A DNA stretch of 64,000 nucleotides from Camelus dromedarius (lineage: Eukaryota). The notes beneath the pieces are model-generated. The model worked only from the letters and a program-made list of their open reading frames with translations. It made no database searches and was not told where the DNA came from. The translations under genes and the position numbers were made by a program. This document shows, in pieces, positions 1 through 11,692 of this stretch; the first letter of the stretch is position 1; each line of letters opens with the position of its first letter. The stretch lies in the NCBI RefSeq assembly GCF_036321535.1, contig NC_087472.1, positions 4,712,001 to 4,776,000 on the forward strand, in the 5' to 3' direction.

Positions 1-175
1 AATTTCTAGGTGACAGCGTAGGTCCATCAATTCTGACACATGGACGACTCTGGTGGGTTGCTGATAAGGAGGCAGGCTACGTAGGTGTGGGGGCGGGAAG
101 TAAATGGGAAATCTCTGTACCTTCTCTTTGTTGTTCTGTGCACCTAAAGGTGCTATAAAAATAAAGACTTTAAAA
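1..175 (+). mobile_element. L1MC-type LINE-1 3' end (partial; continues off the window start)
   Basis: Resembles the L1MC1/2 3' terminus (gggaaatctctgtaccttc...aaaataaagact). Same element is seen more completely at 33740-34590. Confidence 0.7.
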
Positions 176-1999
176 TAACACACGGTATGAACAACGCTAG
201 GTGAACAACAAAACGTGAGGACACCCGAGGGGAAGACTGCTGACTGGGGAGCTGACTCGTCCGTTGCGGGGTGGGGGTGGGGGGCAGCAGGGAGTGGGGG
301 AGGGGCTGTGGGCCGCACAGACGCAGAGGGCAGGACAGGTAGGAGAGAAGATCTCCCGCTTCTGAGCGGTTTCGTGCCTACAGCTGGGGCAGGGCCCCGG
401 ACACACATGCCTCAGCCCTGGGGCTCTACCAGGACAGCAAGAAAGATGGGTCAGTTGAGGCATTTCCCTCCTGAGTCTCTGCTAATACCCACCTGACATC
501 AAACCTGCGTGAGGACTGGCCTGTGCAAAACACATCACTTAAACAGAACGTAAGGGAGAGACGGACAATAAGGTGGCGGTACCAGAGCACCTCACACGTG
601 GTTATAGCAGGCACACTTTTGCGCCTTGGGTATGTATACCGTCTGCACGTACATACGAGCCCTCGTAAGATATAAACACGCACCCAGATACACGCGCTAG
701 TACGTACACAGGTGGTGCGTGGATGTACGTGTACATAAGCACACACAGCCCGCACACGTGTCATACATACACGCACAGTAGGTGCAGATGAGAAATGTAG
801 TTCTTACTATGCATGAGAATTAACAAGTGAAAGTCACGGCTCTGGAACAGGTACTATTACCTAGTCATCAACGCAAGGGATCCGCAACTCCCCTGCCACT
901 GCTCAGCCTCTTCAGGAAAAGGTAAGTCTTTCGAACAGACCGTCTCCGAAGTCAGGCTGGCTGGCGAGGAGCCCCCGAGGGAAGGTGTGTTGCTCTCTGC
1001 CCCTTCACGGTCACCAGGAGGCAGGTCCCCTCCAGCATCTTTGCTGGGACTGCAGCCTTTGTGTGCCAGGGTGGCTGAGGACCTTCCTGGATGAGGACAA
1101 AGGGGTCCAACCACCCCGCAACAGAGGGACCCTAAGAACGCAAATCGGCCCCGCGCGGGAATCCTGGGGGCCCCCGGACGGGGCTGTCAGGCTGAGCAGT
1201 CCCCGGCCCCCACCTCCTCAGCGAACTCGGGGGGTCAGAGGCTAGGTCTGAGAGACGCAGTCTCAGGAGGGCAGAGGGTGGCTCCCAGATCCTGTCAGGA
1301 GTCCAGGTGAGGACACAGGAGCCTGAGGACCCCAGGGAATCCACCTCCGGCACCCCCACCCGCCCCCGACAGCCCTGGGAGACTCCAGGGCACTGGGTCC
1401 GGATGTCACGTGCACTGATGCCCCACCCTTGCGAGGTGAGAGAGGTGAGCGCCTGGGTGAGGGAGGCCGGCTTCAGGTCTGCACTGGGAAGGAGCCCAGC
1501 GCTGCCAGGAGTCAAGGTAAAACCGTGTGAGGGGACTTGGGGGGCGGGGGCAGGCATCCAGGTCGGTTTTGCGGTCACCCCTGGGAGACCCCAGGCAGGG
1601 TTGCGAGGATCAGATCCCCACCCCCTCATCCCCACTCCCCTCTCGGGGGTCCTGCCTGGGGAGGGTCTGAGTACAATGGGATCAAACTCAGGTGGGCAGA
1701 GGGAGGGGCCCAGGCCCAGCCTGGAGCCCAGGTGGGGAGCAGAGGGAGGGCTGCGGGATCCCCGGGGAATCCATCTCAGCCCCTGGCGTCCACAGTCCTG
1801 GGAAGCCCTGGGCCTGGTGGCCTGATGTGCGTCCACAGACTCCCCTGGGGGTGTCAGGGCAGTGAGGGCCTTGGTGTGAGGGTGTGGGCTCGGGTCAACA
1901 AGGGGGCGTCCCAGGACCCGCCAGGGCTGAAGCTGAGGACGCTGAGGGAGGACAGAAGGAGCCCCACAGATCCCCGCCCCTGCTGTCAGCCCTGGGAGG

Positions 2000-3790
2000 G
2001 CCTGGGTGGGATGAGCACTCGTGGGGTCCTGACTTCCTGACATCCGGGTCTCGGAGGGACTGGGGTCCTGGGATGAGGGGCGGGGCCTCGGGTGGTCCAA
2101 GGGGAGGCCAGTGCTGCCTGAGTGAAAGTGAGGACCCTGAGGGAGAACAGGGGATCCCGCACCCCGGGACAGTGTTGGTCCTTGGAGACCTTAGGGCAGG
2201 GTGACCAGCGGCGGCATTTCCTGACATCCGGGTCTCACAGGGTCTGGGGTCCTGGGATGAGGGGTGGGGCTTCGAGGGTTCCAAGGGGAGGCTACATACC
2301 GCCTGAGTCAAAGTGAGGACCCCGAGGGAGAACGGATGGATCCTGCACCCCGGGACAGTGTTGGACCTTGGAGGCCTTGGGGCAGGGTGACCACCGGTGG
2401 CATTTCCTGACATCCGGGTCTCAGAGGGACTGGGGTCCTGATATGACGGGCGGGGCCTCGGGTTGCCAGAAGGTAGACCACATGCTGCCTGAGTCAAAGT
2501 GAGGACCCTGAGGGAGGAAGGAAGGGCCCCGGAACCCAGAAAACAGACCATCCACAGACAGGGAACCTTACTATCAGCTGCCCGGAGGCCCGAGGGCAGG
2601 ACAGGCCCACGTGTCGTGTCATGACTGCGGCACCCTGGTCTCAGAGAGACCGGGGACTTTGTGTGAGATGGGGGGACCCTCAGATATTCAGAGGAGAGAA
2701 TCCGATGTCCCACTGGGAGTGAAGGTGACGACTGCGAGCGAGCAGTGAGGGACCCTGGACCCTAAAACATAATGAGTCCTGGGAAGCCATAGGTCGGAAT
2801 AACCAGAGGCGGCATTTCCTGACATCCGGGTCTCACAGGGACTGGGGTCCTGGGATGAGGGGCGGGGCCACGGGTGGGCAGAGGGGAGACGACATGCCGC
2901 CTGAGTGACGACGCTGAGGGAGAACTGAGGGGACCCGGGACCCAGAAGATAGGCCACCCCACAGAAAGGCGCCCTTGCTATCAGCTGTCCGGAGGCCCGA
3001 GGGGAGGACAGGCCCACGAGGTTTGTCCTGACTTCCGCATCGGGGTCTCAGAGAGACTGGGGACATAGTGAAAGGGAGGCGGGGATCTCAGGGAGGCGGG
3101 GATCTCAGGTCTGCGGAGGCGAGAATCTCAGGTCCCCCTGGGAGTGAAGGTGACGACTGCGAGCGAGCAGTGAGGGAACCTGGACCCTAAAACATAATGA
3201 GTCCTGGGAAGCCATAGGTCGGAATAACCAGAGGCGGCATTTCCTGACATCCGGGTCTCACAGGGACTGGGGACATAGAGAAAGGGAGGCGGGGGGCTCA
3301 GGTCTGCGGAGGAGAGAATCTCAGGGCCGCCTGGGAGTGAAGGTGACGACCGCGAGTTAGCACTCAGGGACCCTGCACCCCAGAAGAGAGTCAGTCCTGG
3401 GAGGCCATAGGGCGGGAGGACCTCAGGCAGCAGTTCCTGAAATGCGGGTCTCAGAGGGACTGGCGTCCTGGTATGACGGGCGGGGCCTCAGGTGGGCTGA
3501 GAGGGGAATCTCAACTCCTGCCAAGAGTCAAGGTGAGGACCCCGAGGGAGGAGTGAGGGGACCCGAGACCCCAGAACAGGGGGACGCAACCGATCCTGCC
3601 CCTGCTGGCAGCCCTGGGGGGCCCCCAGGCAGGATGAGCACACGTGGTGTGTCCTGACTTCCGCATCCAGGTCTCAGAGAGACCTCGGACTGATTATAAG
3701 GAGGGCCCCTCAGGTGGTTGGAGAGCCGAATCCCAGGTCCCGCTTGGAGTCACGGTGAGGACCCTGAGCTAGCGCGGAGAGGACCTCCCG
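2000..3790 (+). promoter_or_regulatory. Tandem array of ~9 promoter/first-exon cassettes upstream of MAGE G1
   Basis: Cores TTCCTGACATCCGGG or CTGACTTCCGCATC near 2030, 2215, 2400, 2620, 2815, 3030, 3238, 3430 and 3655. Most are followed by GGGGCGGGGC and a gagtcaag|gtgagg-type donor. Confidence 0.75.
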
Positions 3791-4130
3791 TGCTAGAAGA
3801 GTGGGAACCTGCCAGAGCCCAGGCCTCCTGCCACCACGCGGGTCCAGGGCTGTACCACAGTGTAGACCCGAGGTCTCCCCTCCTTTCTCTTCCAGGGGCT
3901 CCAGACACCGGGAGGTGAAGGCCTAGGTCTGAGACACGTGTCCTCGGGTCACAGAGCACAGGAGGCCGGCAGTGCCGGGTGAGGTGTGGGCCCTGAGTGT
4001 GTACCCGGGGGCTCCCGGAACAGACGGGAACCCACAAGGCCAACGTCCACTCCACACACCCCCTGTCGCCCCCAGAACCTCGGGCTGGTGCCGGCAGCAC
4101 CCTGAGGAGTTGCCTCACTTCCCCCGTCAG

Positions 4131-4199
4131 GTTCACAGACGACCGTCCACCAGGAGGAGAGCCCCTGTGAGGCCGAGGGCACCCCTGAAGAGGAGACCT
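4131..4199 (+). other. 69-nt non-coding exon of MAGE G1, followed by a 74-nt intron (4200-4273)
   Basis: cccgtcag|gttcac...gagacct|gtaagt, next acceptor ctccccag|gccc. This is the typical MAGEA penultimate exon layout. Confidence 0.8.
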
Positions 4200-4351
4200 G
4201 TAAGTCGCCTTTGTCAGAGCCCCTCAGGGTGGGTTTCTCAGCCCAGCCTGCTGACACACCCTCTCTCCCCCAGGCCCTTGGGTCTCCATTTGTCACCCCT
4301 TCCCTCGCTCCTCTCGGCTGCCCGACACCACTCATCGTGCCCCCCGTTGAG

Positions 4352-5152
4352 ATGAGTGAGCTCCGCAAGGCTGCGGAAGACCTTCAGGACCCCAGAGACT
4401 CCCGGGGCCTCATGGATGTTCAGCAGATGGAGGCTGAGCAGGAGGGGGGCGCATCCCCCTGGTCCTCCTCCTCCTCAGTCTCCTCTTCCTACTCTGCCTG
4501 TGCCGTGTCCCTGCTCCATGATGCACAGCCTTCGATGGTGACTGACCTGGTGGGCTTCCTGCTCCTCAAGTATCACAGGAAGCAGCCGACCACCAGGGCA
4601 GAAATGCTGAGTATCTTCCTCAGAGAATACCAGCACCATTTCCCTGCGGTCTTCAGCCAGGCCTCTGAGTACATGCAGCTGGTCTTTGGGGTGGATGTGA
4701 AGGAGGTGGATCCCGGGGGCCACTGGTATGTCCTGGTCCCCACCCTGGGCCTCACCTGTGATGGGATGCTGGGCGATGGGCAGAGCATGCCCAAGAACGG
4801 CCTCCTGGTGATGCTCCTTTGCATGATCCACCTGGAGGGAGAGCGCCTCCCTGAGGAGGAGGTGTGGGGAGCACTGAGCAAGCTGGGGCTGCGTGCTGGG
4901 AGGGAGCACTTCATCTACGGGGAGCCCAGGGAGCTCATCACCAAAGCGTGGGTGCAGGAGGGGTACCTGGAGTACCGGCAGGTGGCCGACAGCGATCCCG
5001 CTCGCTTCGAGTTCCTGTGGGGCCCCCGGGCCCACGCGGAGATCAGCAAGTTGCAAGTCCTGGAGCATGTACACAGGGCCAGTAGACGGGGTCCCAGTTC
5101 CTTCCCATCCCTGTCAGATGAGGCTGCTAGCGATGAGGAAGAGGAGGCCTGA
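4352..5152 (+). CDS. MAGE-A-like protein G1 (266 aa, short N-terminal region)
   Basis: MAGE homology domain motifs (DLVGFLLLKY, LVFGVDVKEVDP, MPKNGLL, YGEPRELIT, YLEYRQV, EFLWGPRAHAE). First real ATG is at 4352; the ORF-track start at 4211 is an intronic TTG. Confidence 0.93.
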   Translation: MSELRKAAEDLQDPRDSRGLMDVQQMEAEQEGGASPWSSSSSVSSSYSACAVSLLHDAQPSMVTDLVGFLLLKYHRKQPTTRAEMLSIFLREYQHHFPAVFSQASEYMQLVFGVDVKEVDPGGHWYVLVPTLGLTCDGMLGDGQSMPKNGLLVMLLCMIHLEGERLPEEEVWGALSKLGLRAGREHFIYGEPRELITKAWVQEGYLEYRQVADSDPARFEFLWGPRAHAEISKLQVLEHVHRASRRGPSSFPSLSDEAASDEEEEA

Positions 5153-5630
5153 GCCAGACTTGCAGCCGGGCTCCTCCAGGCCCCTGTCCACCAGCAGCTT
5201 CTCCTGCCGGGCAGGAAGGGAGTCCATCCTTCACTCTGTGTTTGCAGAGCGAGCGGTCAGCCTTGGAAGGAGTGAGGGCCCGGGCCAGCTCGGGGGGCAC
5301 GGCGTACAGCATCTCTGGGCTCCTCCCGTCCTTTATGGTGACGTGGAAATTGATCTTTGTTTCCTGTAGGTGTTTTTCAGTGCTGTTCCTGTTAATAGAA
5401 GATTTAATAAGCTTCAGTATCTAACTTTGTGAATGACATTGATCACAACGTGTGTGTGCTTATCCAGTTCAAACACAACAGTTTTCCTCTTCTGTAAAGG
5501 AGACTGAAATCTGTCTCTCTTTTTTTTTTTTTCCTGTCATCCTGGATGACATAATATGGAATTGCAATTAGAATTGTTTGGGAAATGTGAGAGTAATTAG
5601 CAATAATATAGATGAGGGAAGATTTAGAAC

Positions 5631-5636
5631 AATAAA
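5631..5636 (+). terminator. Candidate poly(A) signal AATAAA for G1 (G4 copy at 40029-40034)
   Basis: AATAAA in the AT-rich 3'UTR about 480 nt after the stop codon. Confidence 0.55.
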
Positions 5637-6626
5637 AGTAAAAATATTAACTCGCTTCTTATCCCTTCTTGTTTGTCATTTTATACGTGTAATATCCCTA
5701 TGTTTAATTGGATTTCCACGGGTTATTTAAGAAAGTAGGAGAAAATCAGTCTGAATCAATAGGATCCCCGCTCACCGTCTCACTTCATCCGCACACATTC
5801 ACCGAGCCTCTGCTCTTCTCTTTGGGAAGCTGGGGTTGGGGGCGGGGGTCCTTCTGTGGGAGGTGATGGTAATGAAGCTGGGTGGTGGCGGCAGGCAGAC
5901 GTGCAGACGGCACTTTTAGTGGTGAGAGGAACGTGTCAGGTGGGAGGTTGCTGTGAGCAGTCCCTCTGGGATCGTGGATACATCTCCTGGGCGAGAGGGG
6001 AAGATGCACTTTGTTCAGGGATGCTTAGAGACCTGGTTATCCTGCCTGAGCTGCTAGGACACTCAGAATGCTCCGAATGCAGGGAGGAGTGGCGTTTGAT
6101 GTGGCTCCCAGTGTACTCCGTCCTGGCGTATATAGTTGAAGAGCTTTGGTAACCGCCCCAAACGCGGGGTAGGATTTACTGGGGTGTGTTCTTGGAAACG
6201 GTCTGCTGGACACTTACACTGATGGCTCAGCTCCCCTCGATGGTCAGACTCCAAAGCCATAGGTGCGGAATGGTCCTGGAATTCGCAGGGAGGGAACGCC
6301 CGCCGAGGCTGAATACAAAACAGCTCAGAATCCTCCTTGGAGATGAAAGATGGTTCTTGGTGGGTATTCTAGCCTGATTTGCAAAGAGAAACTAGTTAAC
6401 CGTCCTTCCTCTGTGTCTAGTCTGCTGCCTGCCGCACAGGAAGGTCCTGGCTTTCAGGGTCCCTGATGCCACCTGAGCAGGTGCTCGGGCACTTCCGGTC
6501 CCGTGGAGGGCTGCTGAGTTTCCGAGGCTGAGCCTGTGTCCTGGCTTCAGGGCCAGAGAGCACGTTGCCAGCCCGCCGGCCTTGTGGGCGTTACTGCAGA
6601 GGGCAGGGCAGGAACGTGCTGTGGAG

Positions 6627-6995
6627 TAAGCCAGAAAGAGAAAGAAAAATACCATATGAGGTTGCTCGTATATGGAATCTAAAAAAAGAACATAAATTCA
6701 AAACAGAAACAGACTCATAGACATAGAATACATACTTGTGGTTGCCAAGGGGGCGGGGGGTGGGAAGGGACAGACTGGGATTTCAAAATTTGTAGATCTT
6801 GACAGGCATATATAGCATAGATAAACAAGATTATACTGTATAGCACAGGGAAATATATGCAAGATCTTGTGGCAGCTCACAGCGAAAAAAAAATGTGACA
6901 ATGAATATATGTATGTTCATGTATAACTGAAAAATTGTGCTCTACACTGGAATTTGACACAATATTGTAAAATGACTAGAACTCAATAAAAAATA
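6627..6995 (+). mobile_element. 5'-truncated lineage-specific (camelid-type) LINE-1 3' end
   Basis: taagccagaaagagaaagaaaaatacc...gacatagaatacatacttgtggttgcc...ctcaataaaaaa. Homologous to the minus-strand L1 end at 46480-46900. Confidence 0.9.
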
Positions 6996-6999
6996 TGGA

Positions 7000-7930
7000 A
7001 AAATTCCCAAACAATTAACAAAAGGACAATAAGAATCTACTGATTGATAACCTCTTTAATTGTGCAAGAACTAAATACTCCAATCATAGACATAGACTGG
7101 CTGAATGGCTACAAAAGAAGGCTCATGTATATATGCTGCCTACAAGAGGCTCAACTGAGATCTAAAGACATACATAGATTAAAAGTGAGGGGATTGAAAA
7201 TGTTATTCCATGCAAATGGAAATAAAAACTAAGCCAGGGTAGCAATACTTGTATCAGACAAAACAGAATTTAAAACAAAGACTGTAACAAGACACAAAGA
7301 ATTACAAAGTGATGAAGGGATCCATCCAAAAAGAAGATATAATATTATAAGTATATGTGCACCCAACACAGGAGCACCTAAATACAGAAAGCAAGTATTA
7401 ACAGACATGAAGAGAAAAATCGGCAGTAACACAATAATGGTAGGAGACTGGAACACCCCACTTCTATGAATGAATCGATCATCCAGACAAAAAAATCCAT
7501 GTGGAAACACTGGCCTTAATGACACTTCAGACCTGATGGACTTTATATATCTATGTTATAAATAACTGTATGTGTATTTACACACACACACACACACACA
7601 CACAGACACACACACACACTTCATCCCAAAGCAGCAGAATAGATATTCTTTCAAAGTGTGCATGGAACATTCCCAGGATACATTACAAGCTAGATCACAA
7701 AAAAAGTCTCAGCAAACTTAAGAAGATTGAAATCACATCAAGCAACTTTTCCCATCACAGTTCTTTGAGACTAGAAGTCATATACAAATAAACCCCTGCA
7801 AAACCCACAGACTGGTGGAGGCTAAACAATATGCTATTGAACAGCCAGTGGGTCACTGAAGAAATCAGAGAGGAAATCAAAAATACCTGGAGGTAAATGA
7901 AAATGAAAACACAACCATCCAAAATCTATG
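7000..7930 (+). mobile_element. Older LINE-1 ORF2 endonuclease-region fragment with an internal (CA)n at ~7580-7620
   Basis: Translations ELNTPI..DWLNG...YICCLQE..LRSKDIHRLKVRG and KKIEITSS resemble the L1 ORF2p N-terminus. Confidence 0.85.
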
Positions 7931-8440
7931 GGACTGTAAGAGCAGACGCAGCTTTTGCAAGCATGTTCATAACAATACACTTCTAAGGTAGATGGGTTAA
8001 TGAAGTTGCCATCTGCTGTAACTTGCAGTGTGGAGAGTGAAAGATTTCGAACCTTTGAGTGACTTTTTTCTATTCTCTGATAGACATCTCTGGTGTATAC
8101 TGGGCAAGACATAGATTGTCAGAAATCGTTCGAGTCTGGGGCACTTTTGTCTTACTGAGAAATAATTGACATACCTTACCATCACCCTTCTAAAGTGTAC
8201 AGTTCAGAGCGGCTTTTAGGAACTGCACACATTTTTGTATCCATCACTGCTATCTAATTCCAGAACATTTTCATCATTCCGATTTGACTCTATAAATTTT
8301 ACAAAAATCTTAGAGAACCAAAATCACAAAGATTTTCTCTTATGGTTTCTTCTATAAGCATTCTAGTTTTCATCCATACAGTTAAGCCTATCTTCATTTT
8401 TGAGGTGTGGGTTGAGATCTCTGGTTTTTGTTTCTCAGTG

Positions 8441-8477
<37 letters not shown>

Positions 8478-8629
8478 TACGTACACACACATCTCACACA
8501 CACACACACACACACACATACATGTCCAATTATTCTAGCATAATTGGATTGCTTTGCAACTTTTGTTAGGTCTATTCTGGACTTTCTGTTATGTTCATTT
8601 GGCCCATTTGACTGGCCCTTTGCTAATAA

Positions 8630-8840
8630 CACTAGGGACTGGCCAAGTATGGCTAATAGTCCAAACTCCTTCTGCCACCTATTTCTGTAAGCAAAGTTCA
8701 TATTGGAACACAGCAATGCCTCTTCATTTACACGTTACCTATGCCTGTTTCTGCACTACAACAGCAGAGTTGAATAGTTGCAACAGAAGCTATATGACAC
8801 ACAAAATCTACCAAAACCACATGAAAAGATTGCACCCCCT
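8630..8840 (+). mobile_element. MER58A-like hAT-Charlie DNA transposon
   Basis: aaagttcatattggaacacagc...ctacaacagcagagttgaatagttgcaacaga matches the MER58A core. Confidence 0.8.
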
Positions 8841-9024
8841 GTTATGTAGTAAAGTCTTGACATTAAATTGTGTGGGACCTTTGATACTGATACTCTCTTT
8901 TCATAGTTGTTTAGACTATTCTAGTTCTTTGACTTTACATAAAGACGTTACTCATAATACATTTGGGAATCAGACATTTATATTTAGAAAAAAATCCTGC
9001 TGGAATTTAAAAAATATACTGTGG

Positions 9025-10250
9025 TAAAATTCATACAAAATTAACCCATTTAAAGTGAACACTTCAGTGGCATTTAGTTGTGCAACCAAGACATCTACCC
9101 ATTTCCAAAACATTCCCATCACCCCAAATGGAAAATTCTTGCCCATTAAGCAGCTTCTCCCTGTCCCAAGCCCCTGGCAACTAGTAATCTAACTTCTGTC
9201 TCCATGGATTTCTCTAGTTTCAATATTTCGTACACATGGAATCATACAATATATGACCTTTTGTGTCTGCTTTATTTCACTTGGTATCATGTTTTTGAGG
9301 ATATGACCATATCATAGCATATACCAGACTTCATTCCTTTTTATGGCTGGATATGATTCCACGGTACGTATGTATCTATATACACATACATATACATACA
9401 TACATATAGATAGATATATAGCTATAGCTATAGATATAGATACATGACACAATTTGTTTAATCATTCCTCCACTGATGGACTTTTGGGCTGTTTCCACTT
9501 CTTGGCTCTTGTGAAGAGTTGCAATGAGCATGCGTGTACACGTACTTGTTTGAGTATCTAGTTTCAAGCCTTTTTGGTAGATACCTAAGAATGGAATTAA
9601 GGGGTCATATGTTCATTTCTACGTTTAGCTTTTGAAGAACTACCAAACTGTTTTCTTCCTGCTGGGATTTTCCTTGTGATCGTGATGATTCTATAGAACA
9701 ACGTGAGGATAATTAACATCGTGACAATATTGACTCATGATTCATGAAAACCACACATCTCTCTATTTATCTCTTTCTTGATGACTTTCATCAGTGTTTT
9801 GTGGTGTTCAGCATACATATCTCACACATATTTTGTTGGACTTATACTAAGGATTTCGTTCCACGTTTCTTAGTTCTTAGTTATAAGTGACATTGATCTT
9901 TTTTTCCAATTTTCAATTTTAAGAACAATGATAGTGTACAAAAATATATAATTAATATTTCTGTATTGTTCTCATGTCCAGTGACCTTGCTAAACGCACT
10001 TAGGAATTTTCTAGGCAGATGTTGATGTCATTTTCTAATAGGGACTGTTTTGTTTTTCCTTCTCCTATCTGTTTATCTTTTTTTTTCTTATACCTGCTTC
10101 ATTACATTGGTCTAGACTTCCATGTCTTCTATGCCTCGAAAGAATTTGCTTAAGAATGTACACCCTGGGCTTTTGTAAGTCTTAGAAGGAAGTCATTCAG
10201 GCTTTTACTATTAAGTATGAGGTTAGCTGTAGGATTCGTTGTTTGTGTGT
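9025..10250 (-). mobile_element. Ancient L1MB-type LINE-1 3' end and ORF2 fragments
   Basis: Typical reversed L1MB 3' text (ccatttaaagtg...ggaatcatacaatatatgacc...). Mirrored at ~62850-64000. Confidence 0.7.
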
Positions 10251-10377
10251 TTGTTTTGGTATTTGAATCAAGGCGTGAAAGCTGTATAAACATCCAGGCC
10301 AAAGTCACTCACACAGAAAAAGACCCAAATCAAATGAAAAACATAGTCAACATAGCAGTGAAATAAACAGACAGTCT

Positions 10378-10728
10378 GTCTTAGTCTGTTTGGGCTGCTG
10401 TGACAAATTATCATAGACTGCAGACCTTATAAAAGATAGGAATTTCTTTCTCACCGTCCTCGGGCTGGAAGTCCAAGTTCAGGGTGCCAGCATGGTTGGG
10501 TGAGGTCCCTCTTCAGGGTAATACACTTTTCCTGGTATCTCCCGTGACAGAAAGGGTGAGGGACCTCTCTGAGTCCCTTTGATAAGGCACTAATCCCTTT
10601 CAGGAGGGTTCTTCCTTTGTGAAATTAATACTTCTCAAAGCTCAAAGGTCACACATCCTAGTACGATCACATCAGGCGTTAGAATTTTAGCATATGAATT
10701 CAGAGGGACATAAGACAGACCAGAGCAC
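10378..10728 (-). mobile_element. MLT1A-like MaLR solo LTR
   Basis: tgtcttagtctgtttgggctgct...gcactaatccc...catatgaattc...agagca matches MLT1A0. Confidence 0.85.
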
Positions 10729-10979
10729 AGGCTGTGTTCAAGACGTAAACATTGAACATTATAAAAATACTTCCATGTGTAAATCCCTGTGTTAACAAAT
10801 CCGCAGAGAAAAAAAGTTTTGATCAGGTCAACGGAGACAGAAAAGCCTTTGAAAGATATTCAGCACAAGTTCATGGTAGGAACTTTAGCAAGGTAAGATT
10901 GGAAGGTAAATTTCCTTTCCTACAGTTGGCAGCAAGCATACAGAAATGTGAAATGTTAGAAGCATTCTTGTCATGAACA

Positions 10980-11440
10980 GGTCCTAAAAAGATGTGATCA
11001 CCTCCGATTTCTGAAGCTGCCCTGAAACGGAAAGCCAGAGCTATGGATATCAAAATAAATAAGAAATACATATATTGAAAAGAAAGAATGAATGTTCCTC
11101 GTCACAACATGATGACGTATCTAAGCAGATTCAAAGGAATGGGCCCATGGAAGAGTCAAATGAATATGAGGTTTCAGAGGAATAGTGGATGGAAGATCAC
11201 CACAGCAAAACCAAGAGCCTTGCCATACAAAAGCAATGACTATTTAGAACATGTAACAGAAAAATACCTCAATTTATAACTGCAATAAAAGTTAAATGTT
11301 ACCTAAAAAGAAGCCTAACAAATATGTATACAAGGTCTTGACGGAGGCGTTATACAAGTTTCCTGGTAGATTCAGGCTGAAGAGCTCCCCAAAAGAGCAG
11401 TATGCCATATCCACTGATGGGGAATAAACTATTGTGACCG
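10980..11440 (+). mobile_element. Degenerate L1M ORF2 fragment
   Basis: A-rich sequence with weak L1 ORF2-like text. Confidence 0.5.
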
Positions 11441-11618
11441 TATCAATTCCCCTTTTTCTTTTCTTTCTCTTTCTCTCTTTCTTTTCTTTTTTCTGTCTTT
11501 TTCCCCCCACAGATTTAGTGCTATAAGTTTATCTGCCAAGATGACAGTCAATCTTGAGATTTTGTCTTCCGTTTCCAAAATCAACCCCGGAAAAAATTAC
11601 ACGGGAGAATGAAATTAA

Positions 11619-11692
11619 GTGTGTGTGTGTGTGTGTGTGTGTGTGTCTGTGTGTGTCTGTGTGTGTGTGTGTGTGTGTGTGTCTGTGTGTGT
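11619..11692. repeat. Interrupted (TG)n microsatellite; identical inverted copy at 61409-61482
   Basis: Direct read of the sequence. Confidence 0.95.

Larger units (their letters stand above)
1..6626 (+). repeat. Direct segmental duplication, copy 1 (partner 34416-41024)
   Basis: ORF track repeats at a constant offset of 34415, then 34398 after a 17-bp indel at 3074-3107. Only scattered single-base differences. Homology ends at gtggag 6626/41024. Confidence 0.97.

Noticed and set aside
1132-2713. 322-aa and 272-aa ORFs in the cassette arrays (also 13755-14399, 30517-31257, 35547-37128)
   Set aside because: Translations of repetitive GC-rich promoter units with alternative starts; frames are not kept between paralogous arrays.
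7930-8170. Non-L1-looking insert between L1 fragments
   Set aside because: No recognisable protein or repeat family from translation; left unassigned.
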